DNA of 64,000 nt from Gammaproteobacteria bacterium (GCA_028870275.1 JAGWPY010000067.1:1884-65883), one strand, 5' to 3'. Shown: positions 17,984 through 27,296, counted from the first letter of the stretch. Notes: generated from the letters alone by a model not told the origin. Numbers and translations are program-made.

Positions 17984-19573
17984 ATGAACGCAGAGTATTT
18001 GCGGGGAATTCGCAGCTTCCGTCCTGATTCACTCCGGCGGCCCAAGCGCCGATCCGCCGCCACGACGGCGATCGTCGCGTTGCTCGGTGTCTCGGCCGCA
18101 TCGGGGTTTGCACCCGCTCGGGCGGAGACGACGGATGCGTCGGTCATCCAGACGCTGAAGCAGCAGGTGCAGCAGCTGCAAAGCGAAATCGACCAGATCG
18201 AGGCGCGCGAAGCCGCGAAAGCGTCTCCGGCGCCGTCGGCCGCCGCGGCCGCCCAGCCGGCGTCCATGCCGAGCCAGGCTGCGCCGTCGGGCAAGCCGGA
18301 AAAGCTCTCCGACCTCGCCCTCGGCAAGGTCAAGCTGAGCGCCCTGTTCTTCGGCGACTACGCCTACTATTCGAAGACCGGGTTCGGCCCCCAGTTCCTG
18401 ACGCAGCTCAATCAGGACGGGCCGGGTAACAACGGCTTCAATTCCTTCGACGTGACCCGTACCTACCTCAACTTCTTCTACACTCCGACCGATGCGGTGA
18501 CGTTGCGAGTGACGCCGAACATCTACCGCCAGGTCGACGTCTCCGGCGCGACCGGCAACGGAAAGAACTCGGGTATCGCCTCGAGCTCGAACGGCAACCT
18601 CGGGTTCCGCCTTAAATACGCCTACGTCGAATTCAACTCGCCGTTCAAGGGCAGCGCGGCCTTCGGCAAGGACAAGGTCACGCTCGGTCAGACGACCAAT
18701 CCCCTGGTCGACTGGGAAGAGGGGCTCACCGGACGGCGCTACATCTACCTGACGCCGTGGAACTACCTGAGCCTCAGCTCGACCTACTCCGGTGCGACCG
18801 TGCACGGTCCGGTGATGATCGGCGGGCGGGAGTACCTCGATTATCACGTGGGCATCTTCAATACCGCGAGCTTCCACGCACTCGAGGTGAGCGAAAAGAA
18901 GCAGGCGATGGCGCGAGTGACCTGGTATCCGTTCGGAACGGACAGCGATCGCACCGGCTTCGGTGTCACCGCCTTCGGCGACTATGGTTACGTCACCAAG
19001 ACGCCGGACAGTCCGAGCACCTCGCTCGATCGCTGGGCGTTCCTGCTGCATTATCAGACCCTCGACAAGCGCTATCTGATCGCGGCGGAGTACGATCTCG
19101 GGCGCAACGCGTTCTCGGTCGGCAATCTCTTCTCGGGCGCGGGTCCCGCCGATGCGCTGGGTCTGGCGTCGACGCCGACTCCGTACGCCAATTTCTCGAG
19201 CATGGCTTCGGCGATCCTGGGGGGTACCAATACCCATCAGGAAGGCTTCGACGTGTTCGGACATGCGCAGATTGGCTCCTCGCCGTTCTACCTGTTCGGC
19301 TTCTTCCAGCAGTTCAAGCCCAATACCCATGTCCTCGGCGCCAACCCGTTGGACTTCCAGCGCACGGTTGCCGGCGTCAGCTATCACTTCAATGACCACC
19401 TGGACTTCGCGCTGGACGACCAGAACCTCACGTTCACGCACCGGAACACGGGGATGAGCGCTGCGGCGCTGGCGCCCCTGAGCGGATCCCTCGCCGCTGC
19501 CAATCCGAACGGCATCGCCAATGTGCTGACGGATACGAATGTGATCTTCCTGAACCTGCAGTATTCCTACTGA
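17984..19573 (+). CDS. outer-membrane beta-barrel porin with N-terminal coiled coil
   Basis: Signal peptide, heptad stretch IQTLKQQVQQLQSEIDQIEAREAAK, Ala/Pro linker, alternating beta-strand pattern, C-terminal ..NVIFLNLQYSY. Confidence 0.7.
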   Translation: MNAEYLRGIRSFRPDSLRRPKRRSAATTAIVALLGVSAASGFAPARAETTDASVIQTLKQQVQQLQSEIDQIEAREAAKASPAPSAAAAAQPASMPSQAAPSGKPEKLSDLALGKVKLSALFFGDYAYYSKTGFGPQFLTQLNQDGPGNNGFNSFDVTRTYLNFFYTPTDAVTLRVTPNIYRQVDVSGATGNGKNSGIASSSNGNLGFRLKYAYVEFNSPFKGSAAFGKDKVTLGQTTNPLVDWEEGLTGRRYIYLTPWNYLSLSSTYSGATVHGPVMIGGREYLDYHVGIFNTASFHALEVSEKKQAMARVTWYPFGTDSDRTGFGVTAFGDYGYVTKTPDSPSTSLDRWAFLLHYQTLDKRYLIAAEYDLGRNAFSVGNLFSGAGPADALGLASTPTPYANFSSMASAILGGTNTHQEGFDVFGHAQIGSSPFYLFGFFQQFKPNTHVLGANPLDFQRTVAGVSYHFNDHLDFALDDQNLTFTHRNTGMSAAALAPLSGSLAAANPNGIANVLTDTNVIFLNLQYSY

Positions 19574-19593
19574 ATCGGGCGCAGTCCGTACGG

Positions 19594-19625
19594 GGCGATC
19601 CGCGGAACCGATCCCGCGGATCGCC
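19594..19625 (+). terminator. hairpin after the porin gene
   Basis: GGCGATCCGCGG-AACCGATC-CCGCGGATCGCC, 12-bp perfect stem, 21 nt after the stop. Confidence 0.55.
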
Positions 19626-19799
19626 TCGCGCGCCGACCGCGAGGAGGGGATCCCCGAACCGTCCGCCGTCGATCGAATCCGGCTAGAATGCAGAGCTTCG
19701 CCGTCGGATTGAGGGGGTCGCGGAGTTGCCGCGCGTAAGCGAGTGTCGAAAAGTGCCTGCTGACCCCCTCGTCGCGGGCGCGCCGGGGCGACGCTGCGG

Positions 19800-20642
19800 A
19801 TGAGCTGGCTCGCCTGGCTCGCGCCCTGGGAGTTCTCGCCCACGGTGATCGTGACGATCGGTCTCGCGGCCGGTCTGTACCTGCGGGGCCAGATGAGGAT
19901 CCGCTGCGGATTCTGGCGACCGTTCGCGTTCTGGGTCGGCCTCGCCCTGGTATACGCCGCGCTGCACACGCGGCTCGATTATTACGCAGAGCGCGAATTC
20001 TTCGTCCATCGCCTGCAGCATCTGCTTCTGCATCATCTCGGTCCGTTCCTGATCATGCTGTCTTCCCCGGGGCCGGTCATGAGGGCGGGGCTGCCGCTCG
20101 CCTGGCGGACCCGCCTTTGGCGGCGTGCGCTGGCTCAACCCGCGCTGCGGCTCGCTCTCGATCTGCTGCTGAACCCCTGGGTCGCCTCGATCCTGTTCTT
20201 CGGAATCATCTATTTCTGGCTCTGGCCCTCGCTGCATTTCATCGCCATGCTCGACTGGCGTCTCTACCGCGTCATGAACTGGAGCGTCACGATCGACGGC
20301 CTGCTGTTCTGGTGGCTGGTACTCGATCGCCGGCCCAAACCGCCGGCGCGGCTCGCGCCGGGTGTGAGGATTCTCATTTCGTTGATCGTGGCCTTGCCGC
20401 AGATCCTGGTCGGCGCCTACGTCACGTTCACGCGGCACGATCTCTACCCGCTCTACGATCTTTGCGGGCGGGCGTTTCCGTCGATCAGCGCGATGCGATC
20501 GCAGCGCATCGGCGGGCTGATCCTGTGGATTCCCAGCGCGATGATGAGCGTCATCGGTGCGCTGGTCGCGCTGCGGCACTGGATCTCGCTGTCGTCGCGC
20601 GGTCGTTTGCCGCGCACCGGGACGGCGCGGGCGGCGCGCTGA
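19800..20642 (+). CDS. cytochrome c oxidase assembly protein (Caa3-type CtaG family)
   Basis: 280 aa polytopic protein, MSWLAWLAPWEFSPTVIVTIGLAAGLYLRG..HRLQHLLLHHLGPFLI. Confidence 0.75.
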   Translation: MSWLAWLAPWEFSPTVIVTIGLAAGLYLRGQMRIRCGFWRPFAFWVGLALVYAALHTRLDYYAEREFFVHRLQHLLLHHLGPFLIMLSSPGPVMRAGLPLAWRTRLWRRALAQPALRLALDLLLNPWVASILFFGIIYFWLWPSLHFIAMLDWRLYRVMNWSVTIDGLLFWWLVLDRRPKPPARLAPGVRILISLIVALPQILVGAYVTFTRHDLYPLYDLCGRAFPSISAMRSQRIGGLILWIPSAMMSVIGALVALRHWISLSSRGRLPRTGTARAAR

Positions 20643-20662
20643 GTGGCTCGGTCTGGGGCCGG

Positions 20663-21127
20663 TCAGTGCGGACCGGTCGCGTTTGCGGGCCGGACGACGA
20701 ACTCGACCGTCTGTGAGCGGCCGTTCGCGTAGGTGAGCCGGATCTCGACGTGCGCGCCGATCACGACCGGGCGCCGCGGCTGGATCAGCATCAGGTGATA
20801 GCCGCCCGGGGAGAGCCGGATCGAGCCACGGGCCGGGACCGCGAGCCGTGCCACCGGAAGCATGCGTTCGAGGCCGCCGCTCGATAGGCTCCGATGGATC
20901 ATGGTCCGCGCGAATTCGGTGCTCTCGGCGCCGACCAGGACGACCGGCGCGTTGGTGCGGTTGTAGAGCACGGCATAGCCGGCGGCCGGCAGGCCCGCGG
21001 GCAGCCAGCGGATCCAGGCCGCGCGGACCTCGAGCGGTGCGCTCATGGTCTGGCCGGCGGCGGCGTGCGTCGTCCAGGCGCTCGCGAGCCAGCAGATCGT
21101 CGCCATCGCCCGGCGGCGCGACATCAC
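20663..21127 (-). CDS. periplasmic copper chaperone PCu(A)C (DUF461)
   Basis: Signal peptide; the H/M copper-ligand pattern expected for PCuAC appears present (..ARTMIHRS..M.., GGYHLML). Confidence 0.8.
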   Translation of the reverse strand: MMSRRRAMATICWLASAWTTHAAAGQTMSAPLEVRAAWIRWLPAGLPAAGYAVLYNRTNAPVVLVGAESTEFARTMIHRSLSSGGLERMLPVARLAVPARGSIRLSPGGYHLMLIQPRRPVVIGAHVEIRLTYANGRSQTVEFVVRPANATGPH

Positions 21128-21765
21128 GAGGGGTGTTCCATGCCGATCAGCAGGCGAAGATCGCCGGCAATGTCGTCCTCGGAATTCGCCGGGCTCGCGA
21201 GCAGCCGTGCCCGGCCCTCGGAATCGAACACGTAGATCGCGGAACTGTGGTTGACCTCGTAGGCGCCGTGACCGAGGTCGGGGCCGCGGGTGAAGGCGAC
21301 GCGATATCGCTTGGCGAGCGTGACGATCTCGTTCATCGACCCGGTGAGTCCGACTGCGCGGGGGTCGAAGGCCGCGGCATACTCGCCGACGATTTTCGGG
21401 GTGTCGCGCGCCGGATCGACGCTCACGAACAGGATGCGGACCCGATCGGCCAGCGGACCCAGCTTCTGCATGACGAGATGCAGGTGGGTCATAGTGAGCG
21501 GACAGGCGTCCGGACAGTGCGTGTAGCCGAAGTACAGCACGACGTCATGGCCGCGGAAGTCCCGCGCCGTCACCGGGCGGCCTGCGCCGTCGGTGAGATG
21601 GAAAGCGAGATCCGGCAGATGGCCGGACACGTTCGTCAGTTTCCAATCAGGCTGTGGTGCGCGAGAGCAGGCTGCCAGGAACAGCAGCATCGCCGGCCAG
21701 ATCCAGCGGCGCAGGGGCAAGGTGCGCGGTTCGGTCAGGGGAGTCGGGCGAATCATGGGGCGCAA
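21124..21765 (-). CDS. SCO1/SenC family copper-binding thiol-disulfide protein
   Basis: FGYTHCPDACPLT CxxxC motif; lipoprotein-like N-terminus ..LFLAAC; stop overlaps the PCuAC start (ATGA). Confidence 0.88.
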   Translation of the reverse strand: MRPMIRPTPLTEPRTLPLRRWIWPAMLLFLAACSRAPQPDWKLTNVSGHLPDLAFHLTDGAGRPVTARDFRGHDVVLYFGYTHCPDACPLTMTHLHLVMQKLGPLADRVRILFVSVDPARDTPKIVGEYAAAFDPRAVGLTGSMNEIVTLAKRYRVAFTRGPDLGHGAYEVNHSSAIYVFDSEGRARLLASPANSEDDIAGDLRLLIGMEHPS

Positions 21766-21896
21766 GCATACCCCTGCCTGCCGAGGCGTGGGAACGGTGG
21801 CTGCGCGCCTGCCGCAATCGCCCCGGGAGGTGAAGAGCGCGTGTCGTGAGGCAAGTCCGCTGGTGATCGATCGTTTCGTGGTTATAATCGAAACTC

Positions 21897-22433
21897 ATGA
21901 GTCCTCGATCGCGCCTGTCGAACTGGGCGCCGGCGGTGGCGGCGTCCATGCTGCTCGCCGCGGCGATCCAACCGCCTCCCGCCGGAGCGGCGCCGGCCAT
22001 TGCGCGCCTGCTCGCCAACCACATCGTGGTGCGCAAGGCCGCGCACATGATGTACCTGTACCACGACCAGCAGTTGCTGGCGATCTACCACGTCGAACTC
22101 GGATTGAATCCGGTGGGCCAGAAGGAGCGCGAGGACGATTTCCGCACTCCGGAAGGCCATTACCGCCTGGAAGAGCGCAACCCGCGCAGCCTTTATTTTC
22201 TGTCGATCCAGGTCTCCTACCCGAACGGCCAGGACGAGGCGCGAGCGCGGCGCCACCATTGGGCTCCGGGCGGTGAAATCATGATTCACGGCACGCCGAA
22301 CTCGCCGCGTTATCCCGCCGCCTATTACGCGACCAACGACTGGACCAACGGCTGCATCGCCTTGTCGAACTCCGACATGGTCGAGTTGTGGATGCGCACA
22401 GAGAACGACATTCCGATCGACATCTATCCCTGA
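21897..22433 (+). CDS. L,D-transpeptidase family protein (YkuD domain)
   Basis: Signal peptide; ..IMIHGTPNSP..TNGCIALSNSDMVELW catalytic His/Cys motif. Confidence 0.85.
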   Translation: MSPRSRLSNWAPAVAASMLLAAAIQPPPAGAAPAIARLLANHIVVRKAAHMMYLYHDQQLLAIYHVELGLNPVGQKEREDDFRTPEGHYRLEERNPRSLYFLSIQVSYPNGQDEARARRHHWAPGGEIMIHGTPNSPRYPAAYYATNDWTNGCIALSNSDMVELWMRTENDIPIDIYP

Positions 22434-22443
22434 AGGGTCGCTC

Positions 22444-23829
22444 GTGGAAGCGGAAATCCTTTCATCGGACGTGGTCGATGCCCGCGTCGCACCGAAGGGC
22501 AGCCTGGAGCATCTCTCCCAGGAGGAGATCGCCAGACTGCTCGACGCCGGGCAGGGCGGCCTCTACCCGCTGTTTCGCAAGTGCGCGCTCGCGGTGCTCA
22601 ACTCCGGGAGCAAGATCGATGACGCGCGCATCATCTTCGAGAAGTACCGTGATTTCGACCTGAAGATCCTGCGCAAGGCCTGGGGCATCAAGCTGGAGAT
22701 CAGGAACGCACCGGCGACCGCCTTCGTCGACGGAGTGATGATCCGCGGTCTCAAGGAACACCTGTTTGCGGTGCTGCGCGACGTGGTGTTCATTTCCAAC
22801 GAGGTGGTCGACGGCGGCCGCTTCGACCTGCGGGCCTCGAGCGGCATCACCAACGCCGTTTTCCACATCCTGCGCAACGCCCGCGTTCTCGAATCCCAGG
22901 TCAGACCGAATCTCGTGGTGTGCTGGGGCGGCCACTCGATCGTGCGCGATGAGTACGACTACACCAAGCGGGTCGGTTACGAACTTGGCCTGCGCGGCGT
23001 GGACGTGTGCACGGGGTGCGGGCCCGGTGCGATGAAAGGCCCGATGAAGGGGGCCACGATCGGCCATTCCAAACAGCGCATCGGCAACGGCCGGTACATC
23101 GGCCTGACCGAACCCGGGATCATCGCCGCCGAGCCGCCGAATGCGATCGTCACGCAGCTGGTGATCATGCCGGACATCGAAAAGCGACTCGAAGCCTTCG
23201 TGAGGCTCGGTCACGCCATCGTCGTATTTCCGGGCGGCGCCGGAACGGCCGAGGAAATCCTCTACCTCCTCGGAGTACTGCTCGATCCGGCCAATCGGGA
23301 CCAGCCGTTACCGGTCATTTTCACCGGACCGTCGGGCAGTGCCGATTACTTCGAGCAGATCCACCGATTCGTCGGCGCGACGCTCGGCTCCGAAGCGCAG
23401 TCCCTGTACCGCATCGTGCTCGACGATCCCGCGGAGGTCGCTCGGACCCTCGTTCAGGGTCTTGCGCGCGTCCGCGAGTACCGTCGTGCCGCCAGCGACT
23501 CCTTCGGCTTCAACTGGCTGCTCAAGGTTCCGTACGAGTTCCAGAGGCCCTTCGAGGTCTCGCACGAGTCCATGGCGGGACTACGGCTCGCGCGCGACCG
23601 TCCGGTGCACGAGCTCGCGGCGGATCTGCGCCGCGCGTTCTCGGGGATCGTCGCCGGCAACGTCAAGGAATCCGGGATTCGGGAGATCGAACGCCGCGGG
23701 CCGTTCGAGCTGACCGGAGAAGCGCAGATCATGGGTCCGCTGGACCACTTGCTGCGGTCGTTCGTCGCGCAGCGGCGCATGAAGCTGGCGGGCAGCGACT
23801 ACCAACCCTGTTATCGGCTGGTCGCGTGA
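22444..23829 (+). CDS. ppnN: pyrimidine/purine nucleotide 5'-monophosphate nucleosidase PpnN (LOG family, YgdH-like)
   Basis: 461 aa; ..VVCWGGHSI.., GCGPGAMKGPMKGA, PGGAGTAEE LOG motifs; GTG start. Confidence 0.85.
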   Translation: MEAEILSSDVVDARVAPKGSLEHLSQEEIARLLDAGQGGLYPLFRKCALAVLNSGSKIDDARIIFEKYRDFDLKILRKAWGIKLEIRNAPATAFVDGVMIRGLKEHLFAVLRDVVFISNEVVDGGRFDLRASSGITNAVFHILRNARVLESQVRPNLVVCWGGHSIVRDEYDYTKRVGYELGLRGVDVCTGCGPGAMKGPMKGATIGHSKQRIGNGRYIGLTEPGIIAAEPPNAIVTQLVIMPDIEKRLEAFVRLGHAIVVFPGGAGTAEEILYLLGVLLDPANRDQPLPVIFTGPSGSADYFEQIHRFVGATLGSEAQSLYRIVLDDPAEVARTLVQGLARVREYRRAASDSFGFNWLLKVPYEFQRPFEVSHESMAGLRLARDRPVHELAADLRRAFSGIVAGNVKESGIREIERRGPFELTGEAQIMGPLDHLLRSFVAQRRMKLAGSDYQPCYRLVA

Positions 23830-24530
23830 GCGGCGGACGGCGCATCGGATACCGATTCCGACTTCCGGACGGCTCGGAACGCGCCCTGGACTTCGAATTC
23901 TCCGAGCGCGAATTCCGCCTGATCAACGCACCGCCGATCGATGTCCCGTTCTGGGCCGAGCTCAACTTCAATCGGTGCCGCAACTGTCCGCTGGATCCGG
24001 CCATGCACGGGCATTGTCCGCCGGCCCTGCAGATGGTGGGGCCGGTGCGGGCACTTGCCGATCTGGTGTCCTTCGACGACGTGGCGGTCTCGGTGGACGC
24101 GGGCGGGCGAATCGTGAGCGCCCACATCAGCGTTCAGGAGGCCCTGTCCTCGGTGTTCGGTCTGATCATGGCGACCGCAGGTTGTCCGTGGACGGATCGC
24201 CTGCGCCCAATGGCGCGATTCCACCTGCCGTTCGCGGACGAGACCGAAACGCTGTATCGCAGCGTGACGATGTTCCTGCTGGCCCGCGAATTCGCCGGTG
24301 ACGCCGATCGCGGATTTGCAGGCCTCGAGGACCTCTACCGCAATCTGCATCTCGTCAACCGCGACATGTCGAGGAGGCTCGGCGCCGCGACGCACACGGA
24401 TCCGGCACGCAATGCCATCGCGCTTCTCGACGTCTATGCGGCGCTGCTGCCCGCTGCGATCGAGGATTCGCTCGCCGAACTCGAGCCTCTGTTCGAGGCC
24501 TGGGTCGAGCGGCGCGGAACGACGATTTAA
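23826..24530 (+). CDS. conserved hypothetical Cys-containing protein, translationally coupled to ppnN
   Basis: GTG at 23826 overlaps the ppnN TGA (GTGA). 234 aa with high GC3; NRCRNCPLDPAMHGHCPP and ATAGCPW Cys motifs. No family recognised. Confidence 0.6.
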   Translation: MSGGRRIGYRFRLPDGSERALDFEFSEREFRLINAPPIDVPFWAELNFNRCRNCPLDPAMHGHCPPALQMVGPVRALADLVSFDDVAVSVDAGGRIVSAHISVQEALSSVFGLIMATAGCPWTDRLRPMARFHLPFADETETLYRSVTMFLLAREFAGDADRGFAGLEDLYRNLHLVNRDMSRRLGAATHTDPARNAIALLDVYAALLPAAIEDSLAELEPLFEAWVERRGTTI

Positions 24531-24667
24531 CTTACCGCGGACATTGCTGAGAGGCGCATCGCAGAGCGCGCCGAGGTCGGGTATGGCGGCCGCGCGCTTG
24601 TGACACAGTTCCTGTCGGGGCTTCTCGCCGGGACTTAAGTTGCCGGCAAGGAACCCGAGCCGGAACG

Positions 24668-24877
24668 ATGAGCGACCACAAGATCAAATCCGTCTATCGC
24701 GGCGTCGACCGCCGCGCGCCTCGACCCGCCGCCGATGAGGCGGTTGGCTATCGGGAGGCCGGGCGTCGCGCGAAAATCGGCGGACGGCACGCGGCGATCA
24801 CCAACGATCTCTACAGCTGGCACAGCTACAAGAGCTGGGCCGACCGCATGCGCGGCACCTGGGACGAGAAGAAATAA
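24668..24877 (+). CDS. small basic hypothetical protein (69 aa)
   Basis: Strong GC3 codon bias in this frame. MSDHKIKSVYRGVDRR..YSWHSYKSWADRMRGTWDEKK, followed by a short hairpin (24881-24901). Weak RBS. Confidence 0.4.
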   Translation: MSDHKIKSVYRGVDRRAPRPAADEAVGYREAGRRAKIGGRHAAITNDLYSWHSYKSWADRMRGTWDEKK

Positions 24878-25113
24878 ACCCCGCGCTCCGCCGTCGCGCG
24901 GTTCGCTGCGCGGCCTGTGACCGGAAGCACGTCCTCGCGGCGATTCGCGCTCTAGACTGGGTTCCCATATGGAATGGGTCCTGCAGCTGCTCGATGAAGT
25001 CGACGATCTCATCGCGATCGTCCGTCACTTTGCGACCGGTATCGGCGTGACCGTGCCCCGCCTGCCCACCGCCGCGCTACACTTGCGCAGCGAAACAGGA
25101 AATCCCCATCCCC

Positions 25114-25548
25114 ATGCGCCGCTGGCTACTCGTCTTTCTGCTCTGCGGGCCGGTCACGGCCTGTCACGGTAACGATCCTTCCGCGCGCCGCGTCGACGCG
25201 CCGACGCAACTTCGGATCGTCGATCTGCGGGTCGGCCGCGGAGCCGCGCTGCGGACCGGCGAGGTGGCGCTGGTCGATTATACGGGCTGGCTCTACGATT
25301 CCATGGCGCCTGAGCACAAGGGGCGCGAGTTCGACAGTTCCCGGTCGCGCGCCACGCCGTTCCAGTTCCGCGTGGGCACCGGCGCGGTGATCCCGGGCTG
25401 GGATCGCGGACTCATCGGGATGCGGGTCGGCGGGCGCCGCGAGCTGGTGGTCCCGGCCGCACTCGCTTATGGACAGCGCGGCGCCGGCGGCGTGATCCCT
25501 CCGGGTGCCGCACTGTTGTTCGACGTCGATCTCGTGGGTATCCAGTGA
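25114..25548 (+). CDS. FKBP-type peptidyl-prolyl cis-trans isomerase (lipoprotein)
   Basis: MRRWLLVFLLCGPVTAC signal; ..YTGWLYD..FDSS..PFQFRVGTGAVIPGWDRGLIGMRVGGRRELVVP..AYG. Confidence 0.9.
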   Translation: MRRWLLVFLLCGPVTACHGNDPSARRVDAPTQLRIVDLRVGRGAALRTGEVALVDYTGWLYDSMAPEHKGREFDSSRSRATPFQFRVGTGAVIPGWDRGLIGMRVGGRRELVVPAALAYGQRGAGGVIPPGAALLFDVDLVGIQ

Positions 25549-26177
25549 ACCCTGGCGCGATCGCCGAACGGACCGTGATCCAGGGTCCCGCGGGCCCGAT
25601 CGAAGCGGTGGCTGAGGAGGCCGCGGGAGCCGGAGATTGCTACGGCGTGATCTGTCATCCGCATCCTCTCTTCGGCGGCACCATGGACAATAAGGTGGTC
25701 ACCACCGTCGCGAGGGCGCTGCAGGCGTGTGGCGTGCCGACACTGCGGTTCAATTTTCGCGGTGTGGGAGCGAGTGCCGGCCGCTACGCCGAGGGCATCG
25801 GCGAGTGCGAGGACGCACTTGCGGTGGTCGATTTCGGCGCGCGACGCTGGCCGGGCCGAGCCCTGGTACTTGCCGGTTTCTCGTTTGGGGCCTATGTCGC
25901 CGCGCGAATCGCCGAGCGGAGGGACCCGCGCCGCCTGTTCCTGGTCGCGCCCCCCGTTGGACGATTCGACTTCAGCGTCCTGGGGCCGCCACGCTGCCCG
26001 TGGATCGTGATTCAGGGAGATGCCGACGACGTGGTGGACCCCGCCGCGGTGATTGGCTGGGCGCATTCGCTGGTGCCGGCACCCAGGCTGCACGAGATGC
26101 CCGGGGCCGGGCACTTCTTCCACGGCCGCCTGATCGAACTGCGCGATCTGGTGAGCGGCGAAATCCGGAGCGCCTGA
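25545..26177 (+). CDS. alpha/beta hydrolase fold protein
   Basis: ..VICHPHPLFGGTMDNKVV..FNFRGVGASAG..LAGFSFGAYVA nucleophile elbow. GTGA overlap with the FKBP stop. Confidence 0.75.
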   Translation: MNPGAIAERTVIQGPAGPIEAVAEEAAGAGDCYGVICHPHPLFGGTMDNKVVTTVARALQACGVPTLRFNFRGVGASAGRYAEGIGECEDALAVVDFGARRWPGRALVLAGFSFGAYVAARIAERRDPRRLFLVAPPVGRFDFSVLGPPRCPWIVIQGDADDVVDPAAVIGWAHSLVPAPRLHEMPGAGHFFHGRLIELRDLVSGEIRSA

Positions 26178-26199
26178 GGTCGTTCAGGCCGCTCCGGAT
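26163..26199. terminator. bidirectional hairpin between the convergent hydrolase and HU genes
   Basis: ATCCGGAGCGCCTGA-GGTCGT-TCAGGCCGCTCCGGAT, 15 bp with one bulge; includes the hydrolase stop codon. Confidence 0.55.
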
Positions 26200-26215
26200 C
26201 AAGGACCGTAGACCC

Positions 26216-26527
26216 TTAGTTGACGAATTCCTTGAGGTTCTTGAGCGCGGCGATGCGCACTTTCTTACTCGCCGGCTTCGCCTTGAACATCATCTTCTCG
26301 CCGGTAAAGGGATTGACGCCCTCACGCGCCTTGGTTGCCGGCTTCTTGACGACCTTCATCTTGAGCAGGCCGGGCATCGTGAACATGCCGTGGCTGCGAA
26401 GGCTCTTCTTGATCGAAGCCGACAGGGAGTCAAACACGGCTCCGACCTGCTTCTTGGTGAGCTCGGTGTCCTTGGAAATGCTCGCCAGAATCTCCGATTT
26501 GGTCGGTGCTGCATTCTTTTTCGCCAT
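26216..26527 (-). CDS. HU/IHF-family nucleoid-associated DNA-binding protein
   Basis: 103 aa, ..TKSEILASISKDTELTKKQVGAVFDSL..GVNPFTGEKMMFKAKPASKKVR; ~10-aa N-terminal Lys/Ala extension. Confidence 0.85.
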   Translation of the reverse strand: MAKKNAAPTKSEILASISKDTELTKKQVGAVFDSLSASIKKSLRSHGMFTMPGLLKMKVVKKPATKAREGVNPFTGEKMMFKAKPASKKVRIAALKNLKEFVN

Positions 26528-26723
26528 TTCAATCTCCTACTGTGTTTTCCGAATGCGGGTTGCGAACGCCCACGAATCAAACTCGGCGCCGAAAATAACA
26601 CAGAAAAAAGCCGATGTTTAGCGCATTCGCGAAAAAAAACGGCTACGCCGAGCGTGCCGGAGACTGCATTTTCAGGGCTTTCCGTTTGCGATCCGTTCAC
26701 GCCCGTCGTCGCGGGCGCCGGAT

Positions 26724-27257
26724 TCACAGGCGCGCGAGCAGGACGAGCATTGCCCCGATCGCGATCGAAGCCCACAGGACCGAGAAATCGATCTGACCGA
26801 TCGGCGGGATCCAGCGACGGATCCGGCGCAGCACGGGCTCGCACAAATCCGCGGCGAGACCAATACCGGGCGAGTGGCCGCGCGGTGCGAGGAAACTGCT
26901 CATCCAGTAGATCAGCAGCGCGAACAGGTACACGCGAAGCAGCAGATCCGCGAGACCGATCGCCGCCAGGTGCAGCAACGAGCCGAGGTCGACCGCGAAC
27001 ACCCCGTAGAGCGCGAAGCGCGCCCACACGCGCAGCGCGGCCATCGCGCAGACTGCGACGACGGTGGCCGAATCGACCTTGCCGGCCGGAGGCAGCACCC
27101 GCCGCAAGGGTCGGATCAGCCAGTTGGTGACCCGCACGATCGCATCCGCGAGGGGATCGCGGAAATCCGCGCGGACCAGCTGGAACAGCAGTCTCAGCAG
27201 GAAAGCGAGCGTCAGTAGCCAGAGTAGCGTGTCGACCAGGTAACTGATGACGTCCAT
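26724..27257 (-). CDS. yggT: YggT family membrane protein
   Basis: 177 aa, ..LAFLLRLLFQLVRADFRDPLADAIVRVTNWLIRPLRRVLPP..; position next to proC and yggS. Confidence 0.85.
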   Translation of the reverse strand: MDVISYLVDTLLWLLTLAFLLRLLFQLVRADFRDPLADAIVRVTNWLIRPLRRVLPPAGKVDSATVVAVCAMAALRVWARFALYGVFAVDLGSLLHLAAIGLADLLLRVYLFALLIYWMSSFLAPRGHSPGIGLAADLCEPVLRRIRRWIPPIGQIDFSVLWASIAIGAMLVLLARL

Positions 27258-27296
27258 TGCGATGTGGTCCGGGTGAGCGAGCGGTGCGGGAGGAGG

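Noticed and set aside
18029-19969. 646-aa minus-strand ORF
   Set aside because: Antisense to the porin gene, Arg-rich and low complexity.
24798-25172. ORFs 24798-25028 (-) and 24969-25172 (+)
   Set aside because: They are mutually antisense. One overlaps the small basic ORF and the other the FKBP start. After ~25 plausible residues both turn Arg/Ser-rich.
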